Sequence record: PP601403.1
DNA: 64,000 nucleotides
Strand: one strand, 5' to 3'
Shown: positions 45,714 through 54,730 of the stretch, piece after piece
Numbering within the stretch: the first letter of the stretch is position 1
Layout: every line of letters begins with the position of its first letter
Made by a program: the position numbers and the translations under genes
The notes under the pieces: model-generated
What the model was told of the DNA's origin: nothing
The model's database searches: none
The model's input: only the letters and a program-made list of their open reading frames with translations

Positions 45714-47882
45714 TTATCTCGAAAAGTTATTATGTTCCACAAACTCAGTATAATTAGTTTTAGAATATGGTTTATCGCAATTTATGGTTAAATTATTATA
45801 AATCTCAGCTGTAGTAGAGTAGTCATAACTTATTCCGATATCAAAGTTAGATACCCTACAGCCAGAAACTCTATAGTTATTTGAAGATAACCCAGCACCA
45901 GCTGCTTTATCACCGTCTTTTTCTACTAAAGTGTCTATAAAAATAGAATCATTAGAGACTAACGCCCCATAAGTCCCACCTGTGGTTTTTAATCTTACCG
46001 ATTTTATTTTAACAACCCCAGAAGAAGTAGAACTTGAGGTAAGAATTGGAATCCCTGAACTTGTGATGTAACCGCCACTCATATCGAAAATTAAAGCATC
46101 GTGTGTGGATTTGAATAATCCTACAGCTGTACATGTTATTTCTGATCCACCATCAATAACAATAATCCCGGTAGCCGCCAAAGAAACAATACCGTTACCA
46201 GTATTAATAATTTTAAAATTATTAATACTTAGAGTTTCTATATTACCAGAAACAACCACCAACCCAGCACCAGTTCCAGTAAGACTGTAAACAGAAGTAT
46301 TGGTTATACTCCCCCACCTAGAATTTTCTACCTCTATACCTCCGTAGTTGATTACATCAGGGATATTGCCCTTTATTCTTATCTCTGTGTTACTTACTTT
46401 GAAAAAGTCGGACCCGCCATAGAACTTTATTGGTGCCGCGTTTCCTATTGTTTCTATTGAACTGTTCACAATCTTAGTGTTAGCAGCCGAAGATGTCACA
46501 CCGATCCCGGTGGCATTCTTAATTGTCACATCGTTTATAACTGTATTAACACCGTATGTTTCTAGTGACGCTAAACAATTAGTACCGTCAATTAATGAGT
46601 TAGAAACAGAACAATTGGGCGCCTGAACCTTAATACCACGTTTTTTAACACCACTAACTTTAACATTGTTAATGTTAAACTTACTTCTATTATCTATATT
46701 AGTGTATCCGCCATGAAATAGCTGAATACCATCACTATCTTCGGCCGGATCTATACCGCCAGAACTGACATTTTTAACTGTACCAGAAATACTTACGTTC
46801 GGAGTAGAAGCGGCGTCGTTAAAAGCCACTAAAATCCCTCTTGCGGTCCCACCACTATCTCCAATCGTCCCATTAGATTTTGCCATTATATCGGAAACAT
46901 GCGCATTGATGCTAGCAGTTATGTTTTGGTTTATAACAGAACTAGAAGATTTATATAAAGCCACACCGATACACTGTTCTGTATCGGTATTATTTTTAAT
47001 ATCTGTTACAACACAATCTATCATGACCTTATCACTAGAAACCACCAAACCTACATCAGTAAATAAACCGTATTGTAAGTTATCGCATTCTCTACCATCT
47101 AAATTAGTTATTATTTTGGCAGGTCTGTCACAGTAAATTGCTGCGTTTAGTTCGGTCTGCATATTTAATCCAGTTGGTTTAAATATACTTTTAGCAGCAA
47201 GAAGAGATCCCTTTAAGTTAAGCTGTTTATTATGGATATAAACAGATCCAGGTAACCCATTTATCTCTTTATTTGTACAATACGCGAATGCTGCGTTTAT
47301 TGCCAGGGATGATTCTTTACCACTTTTTGCACCGAAGTATTCTATAAACATTTTTTGGTTTGGGTATAAAACTGCGGTATTCCCATTCGAAGCATCTAGT
47401 ATACCATACCCATCGGGAACACCTCCCTTTACAACCTCAAATAAAGCACCAGCGCGATCTGATAAAAACAAAAAAGATCCAATGTTAAATAGACCGGATT
47501 TTATTTCCTCTACCGAACTGACACCGATATAAGAAGAATTTTTCTCCACTACTTTCCAGCCTTTTTTACCACCTGGGGTAGGAGAACTATTAGCTTGAAC
47601 TACATAAGGTAATTTACCATTCCAACTGTACCAGTATCCATCTGTTGGATAAAAGACACATTTATCCCGATCACCAATACCTAAAGTTCCGCCACTAACA
47701 AAATCAAAACCTGCTGGTTTAAACCCAACATCTTTCAAAGCTTGTTGTACAGTTTTATGTTGTTTACCGAAACGATCCTGCCACAAAGCAGCAGGAGAGT
47801 TCATCGCATAATCAAACGAAATGGCGTTATCTTGTAAGTCTTCTGTTGCTGAAGATCCAATAGGGTTTTGTGTGAAAATCAT
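45714..47882 (-). CDS. Tailspike 1, putative polysaccharide depolymerase
   Basis: Shared N-terminal anchor (DLQDNAISFDYAMNS..WQDRFG), one Tail_spike_N-like domain (GFDFVSGGTL), and a parallel beta-helix body (DSDGIQ, KRGIKVQ). Confidence 0.85.
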   Translation of the reverse strand: MIFTQNPIGSSATEDLQDNAISFDYAMNSPAALWQDRFGKQHKTVQQALKDVGFKPAGFDFVSGGTLGIGDRDKCVFYPTDGYWYSWNGKLPYVVQANSSPTPGGKKGWKVVEKNSSYIGVSSVEEIKSGLFNIGSFLFLSDRAGALFEVVKGGVPDGYGILDASNGNTAVLYPNQKMFIEYFGAKSGKESSLAINAAFAYCTNKEINGLPGSVYIHNKQLNLKGSLLAAKSIFKPTGLNMQTELNAAIYCDRPAKIITNLDGRECDNLQYGLFTDVGLVVSSDKVMIDCVVTDIKNNTDTEQCIGVALYKSSSSVINQNITASINAHVSDIMAKSNGTIGDSGGTARGILVAFNDAASTPNVSISGTVKNVSSGGIDPAEDSDGIQLFHGGYTNIDNRSKFNINNVKVSGVKKRGIKVQAPNCSVSNSLIDGTNCLASLETYGVNTVINDVTIKNATGIGVTSSAANTKIVNSSIETIGNAAPIKFYGGSDFFKVSNTEIRIKGNIPDVINYGGIEVENSRWGSITNTSVYSLTGTGAGLVVVSGNIETLSINNFKIINTGNGIVSLAATGIIVIDGGSEITCTAVGLFKSTHDALIFDMSGGYITSSGIPILTSSSTSSGVVKIKSVRLKTTGGTYGALVSNDSIFIDTLVEKDGDKAAGAGLSSNNYRVSGCRVSNFDIGISYDYSTTAEIYNNLTINCDKPYSKTNYTEFVEHNNFSR

Positions 47883-47942
47883 ATAAAACCTCTTTGATTA
47901 ATAGGTAGTTAAAGAAGTCATTTAAGCTTCTTTAAAATCAGT

Positions 47943-47953
47943 TCATAAGATCT
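47943..47953 (-). promoter_or_regulatory. Candidate late promoter AGATCTTATGA for tailspike 1
   Basis: Same 11-mer lies upstream of tailspike 2 (55467..55477); contains TATG. Confidence 0.6.
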
Positions 47954-47993
47954 GAGTTAATGATCGGCACGTTCTTACTCTATTTAATAAAAC

Positions 47994-48025
47994 ATCCCAC
48001 CTAACCAATCACGGTTAGGTGGGAT
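47994..48025. terminator. Stem-loop
   Basis: ATCCCACCTAACC-AATCAC-GGTTAGGTGGGAT in a divergent intergenic region. Confidence 0.6.
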
Positions 48026-48050
48026 AATCAGTATAATTAAAAATTTACTG

Positions 48051-48083
48051 TGTTCTATATTTTTTCAGATAGATATTATTAAG
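48051..48083 (+). promoter_or_regulatory. Early-type promoter
   Basis: 33-nt identity with 7580..7612. Confidence 0.75.
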
Positions 48084-48129
48084 ATGGTAAACCAAGTAAG
48101 TTATTTCAAAATAGTCTAGGAGAATGATT

Positions 48130-48501
48130 ATGCGTTTTAAACACGATAGTTTAATGAAAGTAAAGAAGGTTTTAATGACTCGTGTAAGTTACATCATTAA
48201 CTTACAAATCCGGAATGGTGAGAAAGCTGTTGATCTCGCTACCAAGTACAAAATCAACCCCAGTACTATTTCTGAACTGAAACTTCAGAAAGTTGATAAG
48301 ATGAGCTTAGATCGTCTTATTACTTGTGTTGATAAAATGGGATTAGAATACTCCATCGGGATTGCTAATTCCAATGGTTATAAAACAATAGACGTTTCTT
48401 TACCGAAGTATGACAATGATCCAGTTATTCGTCAGATTGATATGACGCGTCATCAAGACAAACATGAATCTAGCAAAAACGTAACTACTCGAGCGGTATA
48501 A
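48130..48501 (+). CDS. XRE-family helix-turn-helix protein (HTH_37-like)
   Basis: KAVDLATKYKINPSTISELKLQKVDKMSLDRLI; ATG 7 nt after AGGAG (ORF track start 48124). Confidence 0.75.
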   Translation: MRFKHDSLMKVKKVLMTRVSYIINLQIRNGEKAVDLATKYKINPSTISELKLQKVDKMSLDRLITCVDKMGLEYSIGIANSNGYKTIDVSLPKYDNDPVIRQIDMTRHQDKHESSKNVTTRAV

Positions 48502-48505
48502 AAAG

Positions 48506-48847
48506 ATGATCAAAGAAATTCTATCTAACAGCGAATGTGTAGAGAAACAACTCATTAAAACATTCCCTGAGTTTAATCAACAGTTTCCAGAAGAGTTGAA
48601 ACTAACTCTGATCAATATGATCAAACACGATGAAACGGTTACTGTATTCCCTAACACTGTGGAAGTTCAAAACAGTACTTTCAAACAACTTGTAATCAAG
48701 ATCTGTAAAGAGTGGCTAATCTTTATTACCGAAGAGTTGACTGAATACACTTGTTTCTATCGACAAGCTAATTTGGATAAACTTAAATCTTTTATTGCGC
48801 TACACAGTGAACAAACACTAGTAGGAGAATTATACGCTAAGTGTTAG
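48506..48847 (+). CDS. Hypothetical protein
   Basis: 113 aa, operon context. Confidence 0.6.
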   Translation: MIKEILSNSECVEKQLIKTFPEFNQQFPEELKLTLINMIKHDETVTVFPNTVEVQNSTFKQLVIKICKEWLIFITEELTEYTCFYRQANLDKLKSFIALHSEQTLVGELYAKC

Positions 48848-48860
48848 GAGATTTGTTAAA

Positions 48861-48962
48861 ATGAAATTAACAAAACGTTCCGGAACAGTTATTGTGATTA
48901 CAGTAGTGTTCTGGGTAATAACTGGTATAGTTGGATACCAACTCTACCATGCCGCAGTGTAA
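48861..48962 (+). CDS. 33-aa single-pass membrane peptide (missed by the ORF track)
   Basis: AGGAG 10 nt upstream; MKLTKRSGTVIVITVVFWVITGIVGYQLYHAAV. Confidence 0.6.
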   Translation: MKLTKRSGTVIVITVVFWVITGIVGYQLYHAAV

Positions 48963-48976
48963 AAGGAAACAGTGAA

Positions 48977-50314
48977 ATGACTAAGAAAAACAAAGAAGCT
49001 AAATCAACAGAAGTTCCCCCGGTAGAAACTACCGAAGTTGTAGTTGAAAAAATTAAAGATCAGTCAGAAGCTACTTTTGATTTCTCGGAACTGCTGAAAC
49101 CAGAAACACTCCCCTCTGTAGAATTGGAAAATGTTGAAGTTAAACCCAAGTACGTTCTCGATAATATTACTAACAAACCAAAGCTGAAAGTTGGTGATAA
49201 AGAAATTGAACTTAAAGAAGTTCAACTCACCACTGACTATTTCTTTAACATTACTGGATATCGTTATCGTCCAAGTCATTACCGGTTTAGTAACCACTAC
49301 AATGAAAATGAAATGAAGAAGGTTGAAGGTCACCCTAAATGGTACGGTGCTGAAGTTAACGGGATTCAATTCTTCCTGACCCAAGGTTCTGTTGTAGAAG
49401 TCAAGCGCCTTGATAACCAAACTAGTTATAACGGATCCAACACCGATAGTCGTAAACCTTGCGTTAAAGTAGCTTACTCAACCATCATTGCTGATAACCT
49501 TTCTGTCCGTGGATTTGAAGAGAATAGACTATTTAATGTAGGGTTGATTGGGGGCTTGATTTCCTTTGACAAGGTTTCTTTGTCAGATGGTAAGGTGGAT
49601 ATTGAAAACTCTATTGATCTTACAAATATGGATCTAAGTGTTTTCAGTATTACTCGCGCAAACTCTCTTAATGTTAATCGGTTTAACGGAAGTCGGGTTT
49701 CATTGGATGGGTTTAATTCGATCAACATTTACAACAGTAGTTGTTACTGTCATAACGATAGTTCGTTCATTCTTGAATTGTCAAATAAGAAGATGGTCGA
49801 CCTTTCTATTGGCAAAACCACTCTTAGTGATTTCAAGTTTGTTAACTTTAGTCATAATCTTTGCGAGGGGTTGGATGTTAACTCTAAAATCGTTATCGAT
49901 AAACGCATTGATTATGGTTATATCACTGGGCTAAAACCTGTTCCGTTTGTCCGAGTCGGTCGTAGTGGAATCCTGGTAGGCAATCAACACTTCACCGCTG
50001 TGGAGATGTTGGGTAAAATCAGTACTACTACTTTGCACGAAATTACACCTATCTCCCCGTGGTACCCAACCCCGACCTTTGGTTCTCCAAGGACACTAGA
50101 ACCGTTGGTTGGTCGCGATACTGCCGATAAAGCTTATAACGTAGCTTTTAACGCTGGCGGAAAGGGGAAAGTTCCTGATCATCAACCTGATCAAATCGTG
50201 GTGGATGTTGTTCAAACTACAATTGATCAAATTCGATCTAAGGTTAAAGTGTTTGCTTTGATCGACACTCTGAATCCTGGTGACTTTGAATATGCCGATG
50301 AATATCCGTACTGA
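48977..50314 (+). CDS. Hypothetical protein with a beta-solenoid-like central region
   Basis: 445 aa; acidic N-terminus; short beta-strand repeats in the middle. Confidence 0.7.
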   Translation: MTKKNKEAKSTEVPPVETTEVVVEKIKDQSEATFDFSELLKPETLPSVELENVEVKPKYVLDNITNKPKLKVGDKEIELKEVQLTTDYFFNITGYRYRPSHYRFSNHYNENEMKKVEGHPKWYGAEVNGIQFFLTQGSVVEVKRLDNQTSYNGSNTDSRKPCVKVAYSTIIADNLSVRGFEENRLFNVGLIGGLISFDKVSLSDGKVDIENSIDLTNMDLSVFSITRANSLNVNRFNGSRVSLDGFNSINIYNSSCYCHNDSSFILELSNKKMVDLSIGKTTLSDFKFVNFSHNLCEGLDVNSKIVIDKRIDYGYITGLKPVPFVRVGRSGILVGNQHFTAVEMLGKISTTTLHEITPISPWYPTPTFGSPRTLEPLVGRDTADKAYNVAFNAGGKGKVPDHQPDQIVVDVVQTTIDQIRSKVKVFALIDTLNPGDFEYADEYPY

Positions 50315-50999
50315 TACGTTAGAACGATTAACTAGAAAATTTGGGAATTTATTTCTCCATATTTCTGGTGAAAGCAAGGTGTCTTTCTTAGGTCTGAAAG
50401 GTAGCTCTTGGAATGGGTTTATCACGACCTGTTTTGACGGAGACTTAGGTTGCATGGAGCGGATTGAAGATGAACGACCTTCCGCCCTAGACAATGCTTT
50501 TCAGTTTATGAGAGATTTGACCATAACTCCTCATTTAAACTTAGATGAAAACTCTAAGTACACTCTTACAGAAGAAGAGTGGAATAGTGAACTCGATCAG
50601 TTTCTAGAGTTTATTGAAAGCAATCCCTTCAATAAAACGTATCAACATTATGTTTACCATAAAGGTGAAACTAATAAGATTGAAACTGTCATCACTATCC
50701 AACTTAAACCTCTTTGCAATACGTACGTTATTGGTGAATATCAAGCTAGTAATGAAGCGGAGTTTGTTGGGGAGGTAACCGCTGTTAAGAGTAAGGATGG
50801 GTTTGATACACTAATTTTCTCACAGGATAAATTTGCTTTTCTATTGGAAACAACCAATGATAAACATCTTTATACAAATGAGAACTCTATAAAGTACCGT
50901 GAGCTCATTCCTACCAAAGGTGATTATCTTTTACGGGATAATGGAACTGGTAAATTAGTAATCTTACCTAAGAATGATTATGTAGGTTATTACCATTAA
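50280..50999 (+). CDS. Hypothetical protein (start uncertain: 50280, 50292 or 50298)
   Basis: About 235 aa, overlapping the end of the upstream gene. Confidence 0.65.
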   Translation: MTLNMPMNIRTDTLERLTRKFGNLFLHISGESKVSFLGLKGSSWNGFITTCFDGDLGCMERIEDERPSALDNAFQFMRDLTITPHLNLDENSKYTLTEEEWNSELDQFLEFIESNPFNKTYQHYVYHKGETNKIETVITIQLKPLCNTYVIGEYQASNEAEFVGEVTAVKSKDGFDTLIFSQDKFAFLLETTNDKHLYTNENSIKYRELIPTKGDYLLRDNGTGKLVILPKNDYVGYYH

Positions 51000-51004
51000 G
51001 TTAG

Positions 51005-51032
51005 AGTGCAACTGGGAGCTCCCAGTTGCACT
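51005..51032. terminator. Perfect 28-nt palindrome
   Basis: AGTGCAACTGGGAGCTCCCAGTTGCACT. Confidence 0.8.
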
Positions 51033-51041
51033 ATTTTACCC

Positions 51042-51074
51042 GTTCTATAATTTTTCAAGTAGATATTATTTAAG
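51042..51074 (+). promoter_or_regulatory. Early-type promoter variant
   Basis: GTTCTATAATTTTTCAAGTAGATATTATTTAAG. Confidence 0.7.
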
Positions 51075-51106
51075 TGTAAATCTAGGAGTGTACAAAGGAA
51101 ACTAAG

Positions 51107-51904
51107 ATGTCTAATAAGAAAAAGAGAAATGAAGCTAAAAATCAGAAGAAGAAACAAGCTATTGCTGCTCACAAACAGTTCTTCGCTCATCGTGCTAAAG
51201 TTACACGTATCACTCAATCTCTTAATCACGCTCTAGGTAAGTTTTATATCATTGGCGATAAGAATCATCTTCCTATGACGTTTGGGTTGTGTGAACTTAA
51301 GAACCGGTTAAAAGGAGAAGATCTTAAAATCGGGTTAGAAGAAGCTATGAAGTTCCTACTCGATACTCCCAATACTTGGGTAATTACGATTTATCATTTC
51401 TTTGATATTGATGGAATGGTGGAAGTGATTCCTGTTACCTGTACAGTTCCAGATTTCACCTTAGGTATTGCTTGTGATCTAGTTCCTGCTTTAATAGAGG
51501 AAACTAAAGAGTGTATTCTGGAAACAGAAGAGTATAAAGATCTTAAAGATTATTACTCTCACCATGGGTATTACATTAACTACGGAAATGATCTTAATTT
51601 CGATAAAATGGATGGTGATTTAATTAACGCCATGTTCACCGTCAGTAAAGACCTTCAGATGACTTCTGATAACATTCCAGAGGTAAACGGATATAAAGTA
51701 CTAGATAACATTCTGAAGGATCCTAGCGAGGTTACAGGAAGTTCTGAGAGTGTTCCTCTTTGTAGTAATATGGTGGAACTAACTGAGGAATTGTTAAATA
51801 GTTTTATTTTGAATAAAGAAGAAAGTGTAGACGAGCTGGATGAGTTGTTTTCTGGAATTATGGGAGAGCAATTAGATGAATCAGTTGCAGTTGAGTGTTG
51901 TTAA
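51107..51904 (+). CDS. Hypothetical early protein with basic N-terminus and acidic C-terminus
   Basis: 265 aa; MSNKKKRNEAKNQKKKQ at the start, EESVDELDE near the end. Confidence 0.7.
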   Translation: MSNKKKRNEAKNQKKKQAIAAHKQFFAHRAKVTRITQSLNHALGKFYIIGDKNHLPMTFGLCELKNRLKGEDLKIGLEEAMKFLLDTPNTWVITIYHFFDIDGMVEVIPVTCTVPDFTLGIACDLVPALIEETKECILETEEYKDLKDYYSHHGYYINYGNDLNFDKMDGDLINAMFTVSKDLQMTSDNIPEVNGYKVLDNILKDPSEVTGSSESVPLCSNMVELTEELLNSFILNKEESVDELDELFSGIMGEQLDESVAVECC

Positions 51905-52205
51905 TAGTCAAGCAAATATTGAAACATTTCTCAAAGCTAGTTTTGAAGCCGGGTTTAATACAGGTGAAACTCTGGATCTTTGTCTTTCCGATAAACTTCA
52001 TCTTACTGTTACACTACATGCGGATAGTAAACAGGGTTGGTTTCAACCTTGGCTGTTTTTAAAGAACGGTGAAAACTACTGGGAAGACAGTACCGGATAT
52101 TACCTTAATACCATTTACTGTAAATCGAATAACATTGATAAGGTTGCAAATATTGTTTCGCATCAACTTCACCAAGTTGTATTGAATCAACTTTGTAATC
52201 TTTAA
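51876..52205 (+). CDS. Hypothetical protein
   Basis: 109 aa, GGAG RBS. Confidence 0.6.
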   Translation: MNQLQLSVVNSQANIETFLKASFEAGFNTGETLDLCLSDKLHLTVTLHADSKQGWFQPWLFLKNGENYWEDSTGYYLNTIYCKSNNIDKVANIVSHQLHQVVLNQLCNL

Positions 52206-52218
52206 TACCAACTTAATT

Positions 52219-52236
52219 AGTCTAGATAAAAGGAAT
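52219..52236 (+). promoter_or_regulatory. Pre-RBS element variant AGTCTAGATAAAAGGAAT
   Basis: Variant of the 13130/38154 motif. Confidence 0.5.
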
Positions 52237-52243
52237 ATAGAAA

Positions 52244-52621
52244 ATGAAACAACAACACATTGATAAACTTGCTTCCCTGATGACCAACGAGAAGTCAGAG
52301 TTTCGGATGCATGTTTCTGCTCTAAATGGCAAAGGTGAACTGCGTATCGGTGGAAGTACCTTTGCAGTAGGCACTTTCGAGATCGTCGCGCATTATGACG
52401 GCAAAGAAGTAACATGTTCTGGTCACATGGGTCGTCAGTACCTCACTATGACACAAGTCAGTAACGCTGAAATTGATCCCAGTAAACCTTGCTTCAAAGT
52501 TAACATCACTCGTCGCAATGGTGCTTTTATCAAGAACGATCAGTACATCAAAGCTGAAGAACACGCCGTAGCTAAGTTCTTCACTGACTGGAGCATTGAT
52601 GTAGAACTTGATAATAAATAG
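52244..52621 (+). CDS. Hypothetical protein
   Basis: 125 aa, strong RBS. Confidence 0.7.
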   Translation: MKQQHIDKLASLMTNEKSEFRMHVSALNGKGELRIGGSTFAVGTFEIVAHYDGKEVTCSGHMGRQYLTMTQVSNAEIDPSKPCFKVNITRRNGAFIKNDQYIKAEEHAVAKFFTDWSIDVELDNK

Positions 52622-52630
52622 GAACTTGTA

Positions 52631-53023
52631 ATGAGTACTATATCTACTAATGTCTTTAATCAGATCATTGACTCCATCATTAGTGCTGGTGGAGTCGGTT
52701 TCTGGGTAGAAGATAACTTAATTAGAACATTGAAACAGCATAATCATTTACAGTTCTGGCAAACAGCTAGTCATAGACCTGAACTGTCTATTGAAAGTCC
52801 TAAAGCTAAACTAGAGTTTCGTTTAGTTAATCCTCGTAATCATGAGTGGTCTTTCACCATTAGTTCTCAAACTGGAATGAGAAAGTCCGTAAGTCTAACC
52901 TGGATGGGGAACTTATCTAATCCTAAAACTAATCACGAACAAGGTAAATTACTTAGAAGTGAAGTAGGACTAGTGTTAAGACAGTTTCTAGTTCAATCAG
53001 GAATTAAATTCATTCCGAGTTAA
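52631..53023 (+). CDS. Hypothetical protein
   Basis: 130 aa. Confidence 0.65.
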   Translation: MSTISTNVFNQIIDSIISAGGVGFWVEDNLIRTLKQHNHLQFWQTASHRPELSIESPKAKLEFRLVNPRNHEWSFTISSQTGMRKSVSLTWMGNLSNPKTNHEQGKLLRSEVGLVLRQFLVQSGIKFIPS

Positions 53024-53035
53024 AGGGATATTGTT

Positions 53036-53431
53036 ATGCCAGATCCTAATTTGAAATTATTCCCTATTAGCAAAGATATTGTTTCAACTATTGATAAAAG
53101 TAATATTGATACTTGGACTAAACATCTGCTCCCTCACCCCACTCCTTTCTGGGAGTTCTGGAACACAGAGGAAGAGTTTAAATATCCATTTGTTTCTCTT
53201 TGTACCATTTATAATGAAGAGGGATTAATTAAACCTGAATTGTTGGTAGCGAAACCTGGTATTAATCACGAGGATGCAATTAAACATCTGGAATTGGTTT
53301 TAGTTCCAAATGCTTGGATCCTGCATGATGAAATTGGTATTCGTGTTGGTTCTTATTTAATTGCACTTTGGTTTACACCTGAAAGTGTTGCTTCTGAATT
53401 GAAAAGATTATTAGGAGATAAAAATGGATAG
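53036..53431 (+). CDS. Hypothetical protein
   Basis: 131 aa. Confidence 0.65.
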   Translation: MPDPNLKLFPISKDIVSTIDKSNIDTWTKHLLPHPTPFWEFWNTEEEFKYPFVSLCTIYNEEGLIKPELLVAKPGINHEDAIKHLELVLVPNAWILHDEIGIRVGSYLIALWFTPESVASELKRLLGDKNG

Positions 53432-54020
53432 TAATTTTCCATATAACAATCGTATTAACTACAATACTTTTATAACTGGTGTTTGGATCCCATATAACGG
53501 TTGGCGTGTAAAGAGTCTTCACGACATTAAACTTCACGATGGAAGTATTCTGAAACAGATGCAGCCAAATGCTTGTGCTTGGTTTGGTTCCGCAGGAAGG
53601 GTTGAAGATGATCAAGTCGTAGCTATCCGTGTAGTTCCTGATGAAGAACGTGGCAAATACGAATACACTGGTAAATCTAGAATTGATCGCGATCTTCGTT
53701 ATTTTGGTCACTCTATTCCAGTGTGGCTGGAAGATGAACAACGTTTCATTTATCCTGACGAAGTTCCTGAAGATAAATTTATTACTCCCTTGCAACAAGC
53801 TTTGTGGAAGAAGTGTTGCACAAAAGAAGGTGATAAAGAAGAATCGTGGGAAGTCATCGTTCTGACAGTAACTGGTAAACTTTCAGAAGTAGATCTTCGT
53901 AATTTATCATTTGGTGAATTAACATGTTTGTTTGAAGAGTCCGATGGAAGATTAGTTACACCAGATGTTCTTTCAGAAAGAATTAGAAATCGGGTTCTCT
54001 CTGGTTTCAACAGTTTTTAA
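53424..54020 (+). CDS. Hypothetical protein
   Basis: 198 aa, AGGAG RBS. Confidence 0.7.
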   Translation: MDSNFPYNNRINYNTFITGVWIPYNGWRVKSLHDIKLHDGSILKQMQPNACAWFGSAGRVEDDQVVAIRVVPDEERGKYEYTGKSRIDRDLRYFGHSIPVWLEDEQRFIYPDEVPEDKFITPLQQALWKKCCTKEGDKEESWEVIVLTVTGKLSEVDLRNLSFGELTCLFEESDGRLVTPDVLSERIRNRVLSGFNSF

Positions 54021-54030
54021 GGATAATCTA

Positions 54031-54348
54031 ATGGAAACAGTATTTGAAAACCTTACGGATAAAGGTAAAGAAAGATTGTTCTACGGACTGGAAACCAGTA
54101 TCAAATCTTTTAGTACATCTCGGCATAAAGATTTTAAAAGATTCAATCTATGTAATGGTTCTTCAGTTTTGGTAAAGTTGGAACCTCACATGGGTTACAA
54201 AGAACACCTATCAGTTTTAATTACAAATCCCAAGTCTAAGCAAGTTGTTAAAGAAGATTTCTATTTCCCTCTGACAGCTATAGGAAGGACGGGGGTGTTT
54301 GAAACTAAAGCTAAAGAAATGATTAAAGTTATTTCTGAATTAATGTAG
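54031..54348 (+). CDS. Hypothetical protein
   Basis: ATG after AAGGA at 54019; the ORF-track extension to 53965 overlaps the upstream gene. Confidence 0.65.
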   Translation: METVFENLTDKGKERLFYGLETSIKSFSTSRHKDFKRFNLCNGSSVLVKLEPHMGYKEHLSVLITNPKSKQVVKEDFYFPLTAIGRTGVFETKAKEMIKVISELM

Positions 54349-54358
54349 TAGTAACCTT

Positions 54359-54373
54359 AAGTCTAGATAAGGA
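54359..54373 (+). promoter_or_regulatory. Pre-RBS element AAGTCTAGATAAGGA, copy 3
   Basis: 15-nt identity with copies 1 and 2. Confidence 0.55.
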
Positions 54374-54379
54374 TATATC

Positions 54380-54730
54380 GTGAAAGCTCTTGTAACACTC
54401 TGTATTACATTTCTGTTAACTGTCTTTAGCTTCACAGCTATTAGTAAAGATAATCAACCTAATACCTCTCAGAAACGTTATATGAAAGGTACAGTTGTAC
54501 ACGTAGATAACTGCGATGTAGAAACTAGTTATCACAAACTCTGCGTTGTAGTTATTGAACATAATGGAGTGGATAAACCTGTTACTGTTCTAGGTAAAGT
54601 TGATATTGGATCTGTAGTTTACAAAGAGTGTAGAGTAAAGCTTGGCTCTATCCAGTGTAAAGAAGATTGGAAGAACTATATTAATGAAGACTTCTTAACT
54701 GGTGGAATTTACATTAAGGATAACACATGA
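54380..54730 (+). CDS. Exported/periplasmic small protein with four Cys in the mature part
   Basis: GTG start; signal peptide MKALVTLCITFLLTVFSFTAIS. Confidence 0.65.
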   Translation: MKALVTLCITFLLTVFSFTAISKDNQPNTSQKRYMKGTVVHVDNCDVETSYHKLCVVVIEHNGVDKPVTVLGKVDIGSVVYKECRVKLGSIQCKEDWKNYINEDFLTGGIYIKDNT

